From Candidatus Omnitrophota bacterium (lineage in GTDB: Bacteria; Omnitrophota; Gorgyraeia; Pluralincolimonadales; Pluralincolimonadaceae), in the NCBI GenBank assembly GCA_041651455.1, contig JBAZJG010000002.1, forward strand, positions 49,431-113,430: 64,000 bases of DNA, in the 5' to 3' direction. Under the pieces are notes generated by a model. It saw nothing but the letters and a program-made list of their open reading frames with translations. It did no database searches and was not told where the DNA came from. The translations under genes were made by a program, and so were the position numbers. Shown here in pieces: positions 45,001-55,695 of the stretch; the stretch's first letter is position 1; each line of letters starts with the position of its first letter.

Positions 45001-48000
45001 ATGAATAAGCCGAAAACAGGGCAAGGTTACCGGTTTACTACAGTTGTATTGAGCTCGATACTTCTGCTGCTGAGCAGCGCCTATCTTTATATGGTATGGG
45101 CGGTAGAGACGAAGGCATGGGATTTCGCGACCGCTTCGGATTATACCGTGTACAAAGGAGACGGCAGCGAGGATACCGATAACGACTATATAATTGTCGA
45201 CGAAGGCGTCGCGAAGCTAGTCGCGCAGCTCGAGACGGAAAGCGACGACAGCCTTTCCGAATACGCGCAGGGCACGAAGTCATCCACGGTGACCGGCCCG
45301 GACACGAGCCTTGTCCTTACAAAGTCAGGCGGGGTGTATAATTCCACCGGCGAATACACATCGCGGGTTTTTGACGGCGGGGCAGGCGGGAACGTATGGA
45401 CGGCAGTAAAATCCTCTACATTTAACACGAATAACCGGGGCGGAGTTAGATGGGCTTTCGAGAACGGCCCGCTTACCGGATATGCCGTACTTTTGAACCG
45501 CGGAACGCAGTTCGATGCTAGTGCTATTTATTCCCCGTCCGTCATCAAAGACGGCGAGACATATAAGATGTGGTACACAGGAAATGTAAATAGCGTCTAT
45601 CGTATTGGTTATGCCACGTCCACCGACGGTTTGAACTGGACAAGGGTCGATGGGCCTCAGCAATATCTCTCCGTAATTAATATTTCGACAGACAGATTTG
45701 ATAAAAACCACGCAGGTTTTCCGTCCGTCATCAAAGACGGCGAGACATATAAGATGTGGTATTCGGGCTATAACGGCGAGTTCTGGCGCGTAGGCTACGC
45801 GACCTCCCCGGACGGGATAAACTGGACCAAATACGACGGCCCGGAAGCCGATTTGTCGGTACTGGACGTGAGTCTAGGCAGGTTCGACAGCGCCCATGCC
45901 TATGCCCCTACCGTCATAAAAGACGGTTCCGTTTACAGAATGTGGTATATGGGATTTGACGGAGACATCTATCGCATAGGCTACGCGACATCCCCTGACG
46001 GGATAAACTGGACCAAGGTTAACGGATATATGAGCGGCGGGGCGGTACTTGAGCCGGGACTCGACTTCGAATCGGGAGTCGTATATTATCCGTGCGTAAT
46101 AAAAGACGGATCATTTTATAAGATGTGGTATTACCAGACAGGGGTGATCAATTATGCCTTTTCCCCGGATGGGATAACATGGACAAAGGTAAACGGCCTA
46201 GCAAGAGTAGGAGGCGTCCTGGAGTACTATAGCCCTTACCAATTCTGCTCTAACTACTGCTCCTATCCGTGCGTAATAAAAGACGGTTCCACCTACAAGA
46301 TGTGGCCAGGCGGTAACGGCGTGGCTTTTGGCTATGCGACCAGCACGGAAGATACGATAGATACGACCTGGACGTATTTCCAGGTTCGATCCGGAACGAC
46401 GGCGAATCTGACCGATGGTTTTGTCGGGCCGGACGGCACGAGTGCCACTTACTATCCCGGCAATTACCACAAACTGGTTTCTGCGGGAAATTTTAACACT
46501 TCCCATCGCTACGCGCAGTTCAAGTTGTATATGTATACTTCAGGCGGCGGGCTCAATACCCCGGTCGTGGATTGGGCGGGTTTTACGGGCACTAAGGTAA
46601 ACCGTATAGACGATACGCTTTCGGATTTCAGTTCCGGGAGCTTTACGTCAAACACGACCACCCTTCCGGTCTCGGTCCAGACGCCTTTTGTCGGGTTGGC
46701 GCAAAAGGATAACGGCGAATACAACGCGGTCGGGTCATATACCAGCCGCGTATTCGACGGAGGGGACGGGGCCGTGTGGAACTCCATCGCGTGGACGAAA
46801 GGCATGAGCGCCATAGACCCGTCGGAAGAGACCGGGCTTGTGGGGTTGTATCACTTTGACAGCAGTGCCGCCGACTCGTCGGGACACGGGAACGACGGGA
46901 CGTGGACCGGTGCGCCCGCATATGATACTACGAACCAAAGGTTCGGCACGGGATGTTTTAAAAATAATGGCGGGGCTAATTATATAACGCTCCCGCTGTC
47001 CGATACCCTGAAGAGGATGGACGCTTTCACGTTTTCTTACTGGACCATGTATGATTTCGGCGAGAACAGTGCATTTTCGGTGGGGCTTTATGATAGCAGG
47101 AACACAAGCAAACAGGATATTTCCATTCAATCCTATGTAAACAGTGCGTATTTGTACGCCAGGGACAGGCAGCTTAACGCATTTGTCCACCTGACTAGCA
47201 GCTATCAATTATCATACTGGCTCTCGTACTATAAGGAATGGCAGCATATCGCCGTGACGTGGGACGGCGGGCCTGTTCCCCAGTCATTTGCCGTATATGT
47301 AAACGGCATCCAGCTCAACGTTGACTCCAAATATATTACCGATTCCTACAGCGCTTTCTACAAAATAAGGGAACTGCTATATCCTATCGAAATAGGCCAT
47401 TGCTATACTCCGAGCGCAGACAGGTATTTTTCGGGCTATGCGGACGAGATTGCGATATATAACAGGGCGCTCTCGGCCGATGAGATACTGAGGTTATACC
47501 AGAAGGGTGCCGGCATAAAGTTCCAGTGCCGCTCGTCTGCGACAAACCCTCCGACCGGGAATTTCGTAGGCCCGGACGGGACCGCGAACACGTATTACAG
47601 TACGGCGGCAGGTTCGAATTTCGGCGCCGAGATACCAGCCAACAGGTATTTCCAGTACAAGGCATATTTCGAGGGCTGCAATAGCAATACACCCGCGCTC
47701 GAGAGCGTGAAGGTGACGTATAACACTTCTTCGGATTTCACGGATGACAGCCGCAGCGAATTTGACGAAGGAAGCTACGACAACTCAAAGACGAAGTGCC
47801 ATTTGCCGGGAGTCTCCATCGAGAATACATATAAGGCAGGCGTGCTCCCGACGCCGGACGACGATCCGGGGCTTATAGCGCTCTATCATTTTGACGGGGA
47901 TCTCGTTGACGCGTCGGGTAACGGCCACAACGGCACGCTATATGACCCGAATAATTACATGCTATTCTTACCCAACTCGAAGGTAGGTTCATACGCATTT

Positions 48001-51000
48001 TATCATGGAAGCCAAAGCTATACGTATTATGCCAATCTCGGAACGATCGATACACCCGCGGATATGTCGATATCTTTCTGGTATAGGCCGGTTGGGACAG
48101 CGAGCGGTCCGCGCATACTCAGTGATTACAGTTCGGTAACAGGAAAATTCCAGAAGGATATAAGCTTCAACGCCGGAGACAGGCTCTGCTTTTCCCAATA
48201 TCATTCCGACGGTTCAGCCGTAAACGTTTATGCGGATTATGTAAGTATGAACAAATCTTTCCGCTGGCAGCATGTCGCTATCATAAGGGATGATACCGCG
48301 AAATCCATCAGGCTTTATGCCGATGGAAAGCTTGTCGGCACGTCCTATTATCCGGGAAAGACGGTCCTGCCGATCTCGGACGCCGGGGACCTGTATATAG
48401 GGCAGTACGGCAATCTTGTATCAAATTCTTACCAGTATATTTGCAGTATCGATGAGCTTGCCATATACAACCGTGTCTTGACCGAAGAAGAGATAATGAG
48501 TAAAGCGGGCATGCAGTATGTGCCGGGGGAAGGCAAGACATTTGCTTCAAGGACAATGGATGCCGGCCTTGCTGTCGACTGGAGCCGGGTCCTTTGGGGC
48601 GAGAATACATCCGGCTACGGCAACGGCCTGAACGGGACGCCGGTAACGGGCCAGGAGATCCAGGCCGACGAAAAGGGCCTTGTAGGATTATGGCACTTGA
48701 ACGGAGATTGGATCGATGTCATGGGCAGGAGGAACGGCACCCGTTATGGCACTACGGCCTTTGATTCGACGGGACAGAAGCTTGGTTCTGCGTGCGACAC
48801 GTTTGACGGAAGCACTCAGAGCGTGCTTTTCGGGAATATCGGGAGCACTATAAGGACGGTAGAATTTTGGCTTAATTCTACAAGTTATAATTGCTCGGTC
48901 ATGGAACTCAAGGATAACGATAACTATATAGGTATAGGGTATGTATCCTACTCTGATACGCGATATATAAAATTGACCGGCACGCCGTTGAGCTCGGGAA
49001 CCATCTATGTAAACGGGGATGTATACGGGCAGGCGAAGATAAATCCCGGCTGGAACCATGTCGTTATCGTTACGACCTCAGACATACCGGCCTCATCTAT
49101 GAGGCTCGGTGAAGCAGCCAACGTCTATTATAACGGCAAGCTCGATGAAGTTGCCGTATACAACCGTATTCTTTCACAAAGCGAGGCGAGGCAGCATTAT
49201 TTCGACCAGACCGGCGACGGCGGGCTGGTAGCCTTGTGGCATATGGACAACGACTGGACTGATGCCACCGGCAAGGGCCATGACGGTACCGCTTACAACG
49301 GAGCAACCTTTACCTCTGATTCAAAATTCGGAGCGGCGGCTGGAAGCTTTGACGGGACGGACGATTACGTAGTATTCAATGATGCCGATTTCCCGAAATA
49401 TTCCGGCGTGATGACCATCGAGGGATGGTTCAAGACTACCGCGGCGGCCAACCAGGCGATATTTTCCTATGGGACACCTGCGAATTCATTCAGCGTCCTT
49501 CTCTATATAGACGGCTCCAACACTCTCAGCAGTTACGCTTACTGCGTGCAGAGTCCGACCTTAGGGACCAGTTACACTAATATCCAGGCTAACGATGGGC
49601 AATGGCACCATTTTGCGGATGTCATGAGGTTCTACGACAGGCAAACCTCGGGCACGAGGATGTACCATTTCTTATATTTCGACGGGGAATACAGGAGTCA
49701 GTCTATTTGCTATACCTTGAGGGATACCGGAAGCGGCATATGGGTCGGTGCCCGCCCGGACGGGACGATGCCGTTTAACGGAAGCCTGGATGAGATAGCC
49801 GTATACAGCAGGTATTTGCATGGGCAGGAGATTGCGGACCACTACCTGCGCGGTGTGAACGATATAAAGATGCAGGTCTCGACTGACGGAGGAACTACCT
49901 GGAAAGACAACGAGGGCAGCGCCGGTAGCTATATAACCGAGACGCCCGCGTCGCTTAGCCTCGGCGGTCCTTCGCAGACCATAAAGTACCGCGCGACGCT
50001 ATCAACAACCGATTACAGGTACAGCCCGTTACTGAGGGGCGTAGATTTCAGCAAAGCGAGCTACCCGACCGACGACCCGTACGTGATACCCGATGCCGGG
50101 CAGGAGTATATAGGCTACCTGACATCGTTCACGCAGACGGTAGGCTCGAGGAACCTGGGCACGATCAAATACCTGCTTTCGAACGACGACGGTTCGACCT
50201 GGTACCGCTGGGACGGCTCCAACTGGGTCTCGACGACGTCAGGTTATGTCGCCGCAAATACGGCATCCGATATCAACACGAATATAGGGCAGTTCTACGA
50301 AGACGTCGGCGCCGGGACTCTCAACTTCAAGGCGTTCCTGCATTCAGACGGCATACAGCCCGTAGAGCTCGATAACGTGAGCCTCGGATATGCCCCGGGC
50401 AAGATAACGGTCACGACGCCGAACGGCGGCGAAACACTGCTGTCGGGCGGTTACGCCGATATCAAATGGACCGCCGCGGGTACCATAGCAAGCGATACGT
50501 GGGACCTCGCATATTCCACGGACGGCGGCTCGAATTGGACTCCTATAGCCGCCAACCAGTCAATAGCGGCCGTGGAAGGTGTATATACGTACAACTGGAG
50601 CAGCATACCTAATGTCCAATCGGTTACCACAAAGGTCAAGGTCACTAACAACGCGGAGAACAGCATACACGATGCTTCTAATGCCAACTTCACGCTGGCG
50701 CTCGGTTTCCAGGTGACCGCGCCGAACGGCGGGGAGAAATGGTATGTAGGCTCGAGCGGTAATAATATCCAGTGGAAGTCCTCGAGCGGCATGGGCACGA
50801 CGGTGCGACTGTATTACACGCTCAACGGCACCGATTATACCGCTATAACGACAAGCACGTCTAACCAGTATTCGGGCGTCAACACATACGCGTGGACGAT
50901 AGGTTCTTCGGCCTCGGACGACGGCCTTTATTCGGAAACCGCGAAGATAAAGGTGACGAACCAGAGCGGGCAGAATGAGGACGCCTCCGACGCCGTATTC

Positions 51001-54000
51001 ACCATGGCGGGCATGAAGCTTATCCAGCCGAACGGGAGCGAGCAGATAAAGAGGGGCGGAAGCTATGAGATACAGTGGAAGTCTGCCGGCGCCGGCAGTA
51101 CGGTAAAGCTGGAATATTCCACCGACAGCGGCGAGACCTGGAACACGATCACCGAGAGCGAATCCAATTCCGCCGGCACAGACAGCTATGAATGGAACGT
51201 TCCGGCCGGTTGCGAACTCTCCTCAGAGGCGAAAGTAAGGATAACTTCAAACAGCGACGCGAACCTGACGGACGCCTCGGACGGGATCTTCACGATCGCC
51301 GACCTTATTGTAAACTCCCCGAACGGCGGAGAGATATGGCAGGCGGGCAGTACGTCGAACCCGGTAACATGGGTTTTTGTCGGCTCTGCCGGCGTCGGAA
51401 AGGTTACGGTATCCTACTCTACCGACAGCGGCTCGACGTGGACGGTATACAATAATAATGTCGATAACCAGCAGGGGCCGAACAGCTACAACTGGACAGT
51501 CCCGTTCGCCCCGTCGGACAATATCAGGGTCAAGGTTGTGGACAATACGTCCGGCTCGACGATGGCGGACAGCTCCGACGGCAATTTCAGCATAGCGGGC
51601 GTTAAGGTGACGCTGCCGAACGGCTCAGAGACATACGGCATCGACAGCGCGAACTTCATCAGGTGGTCCGCAAATAACGCGAGCGATACCGGTGCGATCT
51701 ATTATTCGGTGGACGGCGGTTCTACTTGGAGCGCATCCCCGATAGTAGGAGCCGAAGAGGTATTGCTGAGCCAGGGCGCTACCGGTTTCAGCTGGACGCC
51801 TTCGAACGATCCGGGAACGGTTCCGACGGTCCAGGCGAGGGTCAAGGTTGTCGCGTTGACGCCGGCATCCGATGCGAATCCTCCGGTGCCGTTGACGCTG
51901 CCGATGGAAGACAGCTCTGACGCGAACTTTACTATACGGGGCCTGAGGGTCACGGCGCCGGCATTGAACGCCAGCTGGCTGCTGGGAAGCTCGCATGATA
52001 TCCAGTGGACCTCTGCAGGCACGACCGCCGAGACCGCCACATTGTACTATTCCGTCATCGGCGATTTCTCGGACCAGGTAGCCATAACGGCGACGCCTGT
52101 CACTAATAATGAGATATATCCCGGCAATAACAGCTATACATGGAATATTGGAGCGTCGGTCACCCCGTCGGCGACAGCGAAGATAAAGGTGACGGCGGGC
52201 GCTTATAACGCCCTGTCCCCGGCCTTCACATTGAAGGGCATAAAGGTCACTGCGCCGGCATCGGGCGCGACCGTGACACAGAACGTCGCTTCCTCGGTGA
52301 TATGGAGTTCGGCAGGGATTGACGGCAACGTCAACATATATTACAGCAGCGACAACGGCTCCACCTATTCAGAGACGCCTATAAACGCATCGCCGATAAA
52401 CATCACAGCCGGCACATATTCCTGGACGCCGAACACGGCGATACTGACTCCTTCAACGTCCGCGAAACTCAAGATACAGGTTGTCTCCGGTTCTGATTCG
52501 GGGCTTTTCGCGGAATCGGCGCAATTCACCCTGAAAGGCATAAAGATAAGCGCGCCTGCGGCCGGGACGACATGGGAACTGGGCCAGACCCAGAGCATAA
52601 CATGGACCGCGGCGGGGGTGGGCTCCACATGCAATATATATTACGCGGCTGACGGGACGAATTTCACAAGTACCGTCAATAGCTCGGCCGTACTGCTCTC
52701 CGCCGGGACATATTCCTGGACTATCCCGGCGTCGATTACGCCGTCGAACGGCACCGCGAAGATCAGGATAACCTCTGATACGAACGTTTCCTCGAGTTCC
52801 GGAGCGTTCACGATAAAAGGTATCAAGGTTACGAACCCTACCGCCACCACGATATGGGAAGTCGGGGAATCCGTGACGATATCGCACGCGGTTGTCGGAG
52901 CATTGAGCGCCCTTAATGTATATTACGTGAAAGACGGGATCGAGACCCAGATAGGCACGGTTATGCCTAACAGCAGTTTCCCCTGGGTCGTCACTGCCGA
53001 CGCGGAGGGGCCCGGTATCATAATCAGATTGAAGAGCTTCATGCCGAATTATACCGGCGACTCCCCGGCGTTTCAGATAGTCGGCGAGGCGTCTCTGGCC
53101 GTCAGCGAGCCGTCAGCAGCGTCCTCGTGGAAGGTCTCGGAGACGAATACCATAACCTGGACGAGGAGCGGCAGCACCGAAAGGACGTTTACCGTGGAGT
53201 ATGACGATAACGCGGCTTTCACCTCGCCCACGCCGATAACCGGCACGCCGGCGTATGACGGCGCGGGGCTATACAGCTTGGATTGGGCTGTCCCGGATAA
53301 CGTAGGTACGTGCTACATAAAGGTCACCGATACCGGAAATTCCAATATTACGGATATCTCCGAGGCGTTTAAGATAATACCGAAGTTCAGGGTCAATATA
53401 CCCAACGGCGGCGAGACGCTCTACGCGCTCAAGCCCGGTACGACCGTCAACTGGGGAACGACCGGAAGCGCGGGCACAGTGGACCTGTATTATTCGACGG
53501 ATACGCCCCTGTACGAGACATGGACAAAGATCAATTCCACGGCTATCCCCGATAACGGGACTGGGACCGTGGAGAGGATAACCAGCTACTCCTGGACCGT
53601 TCCGAATATCCAGAGTACTGTTGTCAAGATAAAGGTCCAGGCGAGCAGCGCGGGCCTGTCCGGGGCCTACGATGTCTCGGACGACGTGTTTACAATCAAG
53701 TATTATAAGGTTACATGGAACGTGAAGAGCGCGACGACCGGGGATCATCTCGACAAGCTCTTCGTCATAGATTCATCCGGTTGGTCGGAAGCAGACCTCA
53801 CTTCGCCGATCGAGCGTTATTACCCGTACGGCGATTCATACAACACGAACTGGTCGAGGGCGGACTATTTCGATAAGGCCGAACGCGGATGGGAGACCGA
53901 CCAGGACAACAAAGTGATCAATATAACGATGAGCGAGTCCTCGCTGGCGCCCGAATACCATGTCATGAGCAACTTCTCGTATAACGCCTCGCAGGACAAG

Positions 54001-55644
54001 TTCCTTATCAACTCCTGGGTCGAGAGGGGCGGCGTAATACTGGCAAAGCCCTCGTCGTGCGTAGTCCATATTTATGACGCGTCGGGCGGCCCGATACAGC
54101 AGCTTACGGCGACAACGTATGACGCGAACGGCGTCTTCTGGCAGGAATGGCCGACGACGAACCTTGACCAGAACGCGATGTATTTCGCGAAGGTCGACAT
54201 CGTCTACTCGGGAGAGACATATTCGTCGGGTTTGAGCTATTCGCTTAACATACCGAAGGCGATAGCGGGCCTCGGCACGACAGTCGCCCAGCAGCTCACG
54301 GACCTGCAGACGGCGATAGGCACGGACCTCGCCACACAGACGACCGCGATAGGCGCGAAGATAGACACGCTCGAGACATCCATAGGAACGAACCTCGACG
54401 CGAAGATCAGCACCGTCAAGACGGATATCGCGGCGGTCAAGACGGTCGTTGACAAGATATCGGAGGATGTAGGCGCGATCGGAGGCGACCTCGCCACGCC
54501 GATATCCGAAGCGGTCGCCGAAGACCTCGCAGCGCAGCTTGCGAAAGGCATCCAGGCCGAGATACTCACGAGGCCGACATCCGCGGGATTCGGCACTGCT
54601 ACAGATATCAGGTTCAGGACCGCGACCGGCATGTCGCCGACCATAACAGTTTACGACGCTAATAATGTCGCGAGGATCGCGGCGGCGGCGATGGTAGAGG
54701 TCGGCACCACCGGTATCTATGAATACGCGCTGACGCCTCAGAGCGCATGGGGCGCGGGCGAATATACGGTGGTCTGCGAAGAGCCCACTAAGAACGCGAT
54801 AGACAGCATGGTGCTCAGCGTCTCCGAGAGCGTTGGGGCGGGCGCAGGCACCGACGAAGGCATGGTCAACTCGATCAACGCGACGGTCACGACGATAGAT
54901 TCGAACGTGAAGACGATGCTTTCCAAGGTCAACACCCTTCCGGATGACACGACCGACGTAGGCACGTCCGTTTCGAGCCTGCTCGCTACGGTCGGCAAGA
55001 CCACCGATGCGGCCGGCACCAATACGCTGTTCGGGAAGATAGCTTCGGCGCAGGGCGATATAACTGCCTTTAAGGCCGATATAACCAATTATGTCGACGG
55101 GGTCGAAACGACGCTCGGCACGACGGCCGATGCCGCCGGGACGAATACGGTCTACGGCAAGATAAGGTCGCTCGAACAGACGCTCAGCGCTTTGGGCCCG
55201 GACGGGGCAAAGGCTAACAAGGAGCTCCTTGCGGCGAAGGACCAGGCCGCGGCGGCCTCCAAGGCGGCTGAGGACATAAAGAAGATGATAGCGGCGGGCG
55301 GCAAGAATGCCGAAGCTTACGGAGCACTGCAGAAACTTGCCGGAGACCTCGCGAAACTGCAGGCCGCAAACTCCAGGATAGGCAGCTCGGTGACCGCTGA
55401 TTCTATCACCGATTTTATCAGGGACACAAGGGCGAAACTCGCGCAGGTCGCGATGAAGGAGGGCTACGATAACCTCGTCCCCGAGACCGGCGAAGTCGGC
55501 CAGGTCAACCTTACAGAGGAAGCCGATGTCGAAGACCTCAGGAACAACATGACCGAACTCAAGGCCCTGCTGTCGCAGGTCAGGAGCCTGCTCGACAAAC
55601 AGGTCAACGCGCCTGTCGTCAAGAGCTGGATAGAAGGCAAATAA
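45001..55644 (+). CDS. Giant (3547 aa) membrane-anchored surface protein. Five-bladed propeller-like repeats, about four LamG/concanavalin-like domains, about 14 Ig-like PNGGE...W repeats (Kre9/KNH-like), and a C-terminal coiled-coil/fibre-like region
   Basis: N-terminal TM. Five P(S/T/C)VIKDG.(T/S)YKMWY...IGYATSPDGINWTK blades. G(L/V)(V/I)(G/A)L(Y/W)H(F/L/M)(D/N)(G/D/S)...(G/D)...GHNGT LamG-like starts repeated four times. Repeated (V/I)TAPNGGE.W..G....I.W...G and LYYS.DGG.TW modules. Ala/Thr-rich heptad-like C-terminus. Confidence 0.8.
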   Translation: MNKPKTGQGYRFTTVVLSSILLLLSSAYLYMVWAVETKAWDFATASDYTVYKGDGSEDTDNDYIIVDEGVAKLVAQLETESDDSLSEYAQGTKSSTVTGPDTSLVLTKSGGVYNSTGEYTSRVFDGGAGGNVWTAVKSSTFNTNNRGGVRWAFENGPLTGYAVLLNRGTQFDASAIYSPSVIKDGETYKMWYTGNVNSVYRIGYATSTDGLNWTRVDGPQQYLSVINISTDRFDKNHAGFPSVIKDGETYKMWYSGYNGEFWRVGYATSPDGINWTKYDGPEADLSVLDVSLGRFDSAHAYAPTVIKDGSVYRMWYMGFDGDIYRIGYATSPDGINWTKVNGYMSGGAVLEPGLDFESGVVYYPCVIKDGSFYKMWYYQTGVINYAFSPDGITWTKVNGLARVGGVLEYYSPYQFCSNYCSYPCVIKDGSTYKMWPGGNGVAFGYATSTEDTIDTTWTYFQVRSGTTANLTDGFVGPDGTSATYYPGNYHKLVSAGNFNTSHRYAQFKLYMYTSGGGLNTPVVDWAGFTGTKVNRIDDTLSDFSSGSFTSNTTTLPVSVQTPFVGLAQKDNGEYNAVGSYTSRVFDGGDGAVWNSIAWTKGMSAIDPSEETGLVGLYHFDSSAADSSGHGNDGTWTGAPAYDTTNQRFGTGCFKNNGGANYITLPLSDTLKRMDAFTFSYWTMYDFGENSAFSVGLYDSRNTSKQDISIQSYVNSAYLYARDRQLNAFVHLTSSYQLSYWLSYYKEWQHIAVTWDGGPVPQSFAVYVNGIQLNVDSKYITDSYSAFYKIRELLYPIEIGHCYTPSADRYFSGYADEIAIYNRALSADEILRLYQKGAGIKFQCRSSATNPPTGNFVGPDGTANTYYSTAAGSNFGAEIPANRYFQYKAYFEGCNSNTPALESVKVTYNTSSDFTDDSRSEFDEGSYDNSKTKCHLPGVSIENTYKAGVLPTPDDDPGLIALYHFDGDLVDASGNGHNGTLYDPNNYMLFLPNSKVGSYAFYHGSQSYTYYANLGTIDTPADMSISFWYRPVGTASGPRILSDYSSVTGKFQKDISFNAGDRLCFSQYHSDGSAVNVYADYVSMNKSFRWQHVAIIRDDTAKSIRLYADGKLVGTSYYPGKTVLPISDAGDLYIGQYGNLVSNSYQYICSIDELAIYNRVLTEEEIMSKAGMQYVPGEGKTFASRTMDAGLAVDWSRVLWGENTSGYGNGLNGTPVTGQEIQADEKGLVGLWHLNGDWIDVMGRRNGTRYGTTAFDSTGQKLGSACDTFDGSTQSVLFGNIGSTIRTVEFWLNSTSYNCSVMELKDNDNYIGIGYVSYSDTRYIKLTGTPLSSGTIYVNGDVYGQAKINPGWNHVVIVTTSDIPASSMRLGEAANVYYNGKLDEVAVYNRILSQSEARQHYFDQTGDGGLVALWHMDNDWTDATGKGHDGTAYNGATFTSDSKFGAAAGSFDGTDDYVVFNDADFPKYSGVMTIEGWFKTTAAANQAIFSYGTPANSFSVLLYIDGSNTLSSYAYCVQSPTLGTSYTNIQANDGQWHHFADVMRFYDRQTSGTRMYHFLYFDGEYRSQSICYTLRDTGSGIWVGARPDGTMPFNGSLDEIAVYSRYLHGQEIADHYLRGVNDIKMQVSTDGGTTWKDNEGSAGSYITETPASLSLGGPSQTIKYRATLSTTDYRYSPLLRGVDFSKASYPTDDPYVIPDAGQEYIGYLTSFTQTVGSRNLGTIKYLLSNDDGSTWYRWDGSNWVSTTSGYVAANTASDINTNIGQFYEDVGAGTLNFKAFLHSDGIQPVELDNVSLGYAPGKITVTTPNGGETLLSGGYADIKWTAAGTIASDTWDLAYSTDGGSNWTPIAANQSIAAVEGVYTYNWSSIPNVQSVTTKVKVTNNAENSIHDASNANFTLALGFQVTAPNGGEKWYVGSSGNNIQWKSSSGMGTTVRLYYTLNGTDYTAITTSTSNQYSGVNTYAWTIGSSASDDGLYSETAKIKVTNQSGQNEDASDAVFTMAGMKLIQPNGSEQIKRGGSYEIQWKSAGAGSTVKLEYSTDSGETWNTITESESNSAGTDSYEWNVPAGCELSSEAKVRITSNSDANLTDASDGIFTIADLIVNSPNGGEIWQAGSTSNPVTWVFVGSAGVGKVTVSYSTDSGSTWTVYNNNVDNQQGPNSYNWTVPFAPSDNIRVKVVDNTSGSTMADSSDGNFSIAGVKVTLPNGSETYGIDSANFIRWSANNASDTGAIYYSVDGGSTWSASPIVGAEEVLLSQGATGFSWTPSNDPGTVPTVQARVKVVALTPASDANPPVPLTLPMEDSSDANFTIRGLRVTAPALNASWLLGSSHDIQWTSAGTTAETATLYYSVIGDFSDQVAITATPVTNNEIYPGNNSYTWNIGASVTPSATAKIKVTAGAYNALSPAFTLKGIKVTAPASGATVTQNVASSVIWSSAGIDGNVNIYYSSDNGSTYSETPINASPINITAGTYSWTPNTAILTPSTSAKLKIQVVSGSDSGLFAESAQFTLKGIKISAPAAGTTWELGQTQSITWTAAGVGSTCNIYYAADGTNFTSTVNSSAVLLSAGTYSWTIPASITPSNGTAKIRITSDTNVSSSSGAFTIKGIKVTNPTATTIWEVGESVTISHAVVGALSALNVYYVKDGIETQIGTVMPNSSFPWVVTADAEGPGIIIRLKSFMPNYTGDSPAFQIVGEASLAVSEPSAASSWKVSETNTITWTRSGSTERTFTVEYDDNAAFTSPTPITGTPAYDGAGLYSLDWAVPDNVGTCYIKVTDTGNSNITDISEAFKIIPKFRVNIPNGGETLYALKPGTTVNWGTTGSAGTVDLYYSTDTPLYETWTKINSTAIPDNGTGTVERITSYSWTVPNIQSTVVKIKVQASSAGLSGAYDVSDDVFTIKYYKVTWNVKSATTGDHLDKLFVIDSSGWSEADLTSPIERYYPYGDSYNTNWSRADYFDKAERGWETDQDNKVINITMSESSLAPEYHVMSNFSYNASQDKFLINSWVERGGVILAKPSSCVVHIYDASGGPIQQLTATTYDANGVFWQEWPTTNLDQNAMYFAKVDIVYSGETYSSGLSYSLNIPKAIAGLGTTVAQQLTDLQTAIGTDLATQTTAIGAKIDTLETSIGTNLDAKISTVKTDIAAVKTVVDKISEDVGAIGGDLATPISEAVAEDLAAQLAKGIQAEILTRPTSAGFGTATDIRFRTATGMSPTITVYDANNVARIAAAAMVEVGTTGIYEYALTPQSAWGAGEYTVVCEEPTKNAIDSMVLSVSESVGAGAGTDEGMVNSINATVTTIDSNVKTMLSKVNTLPDDTTDVGTSVSSLLATVGKTTDAAGTNTLFGKIASAQGDITAFKADITNYVDGVETTLGTTADAAGTNTVYGKIRSLEQTLSALGPDGAKANKELLAAKDQAAAASKAAEDIKKMIAAGGKNAEAYGALQKLAGDLAKLQAANSRIGSSVTADSITDFIRDTRAKLAQVAMKEGYDNLVPETGEVGQVNLTEEADVEDLRNNMTELKALLSQVRSLLDKQVNAPVVKSWIEGK
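45535..45575 (+). repeat. 41-bp exact direct repeat (second copy at 45721-45761) inside the propeller region of the giant gene
   Basis: ccgtccgtcatcaaagacggcgagacatataagatgtggta occurs twice, 186 bp apart. Confidence 0.8.
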
Positions 55645-55650
55645 AGCAAT

Positions 55651-55679
55651 GGGGACACCCTGTCTCTCAGGATGTCCCC
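55651..55679 (+). repeat. Palindromic REP-like element (GGGGACACCCT-N7-AGGATGTCCCC) just after the giant gene's stop
   Basis: Imperfect 11-bp hairpin with arms related to both halves of the REP copies that flank the transposase. Confidence 0.6.
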
Positions 55680-55695
55680 GATAACGGAGGATGAA

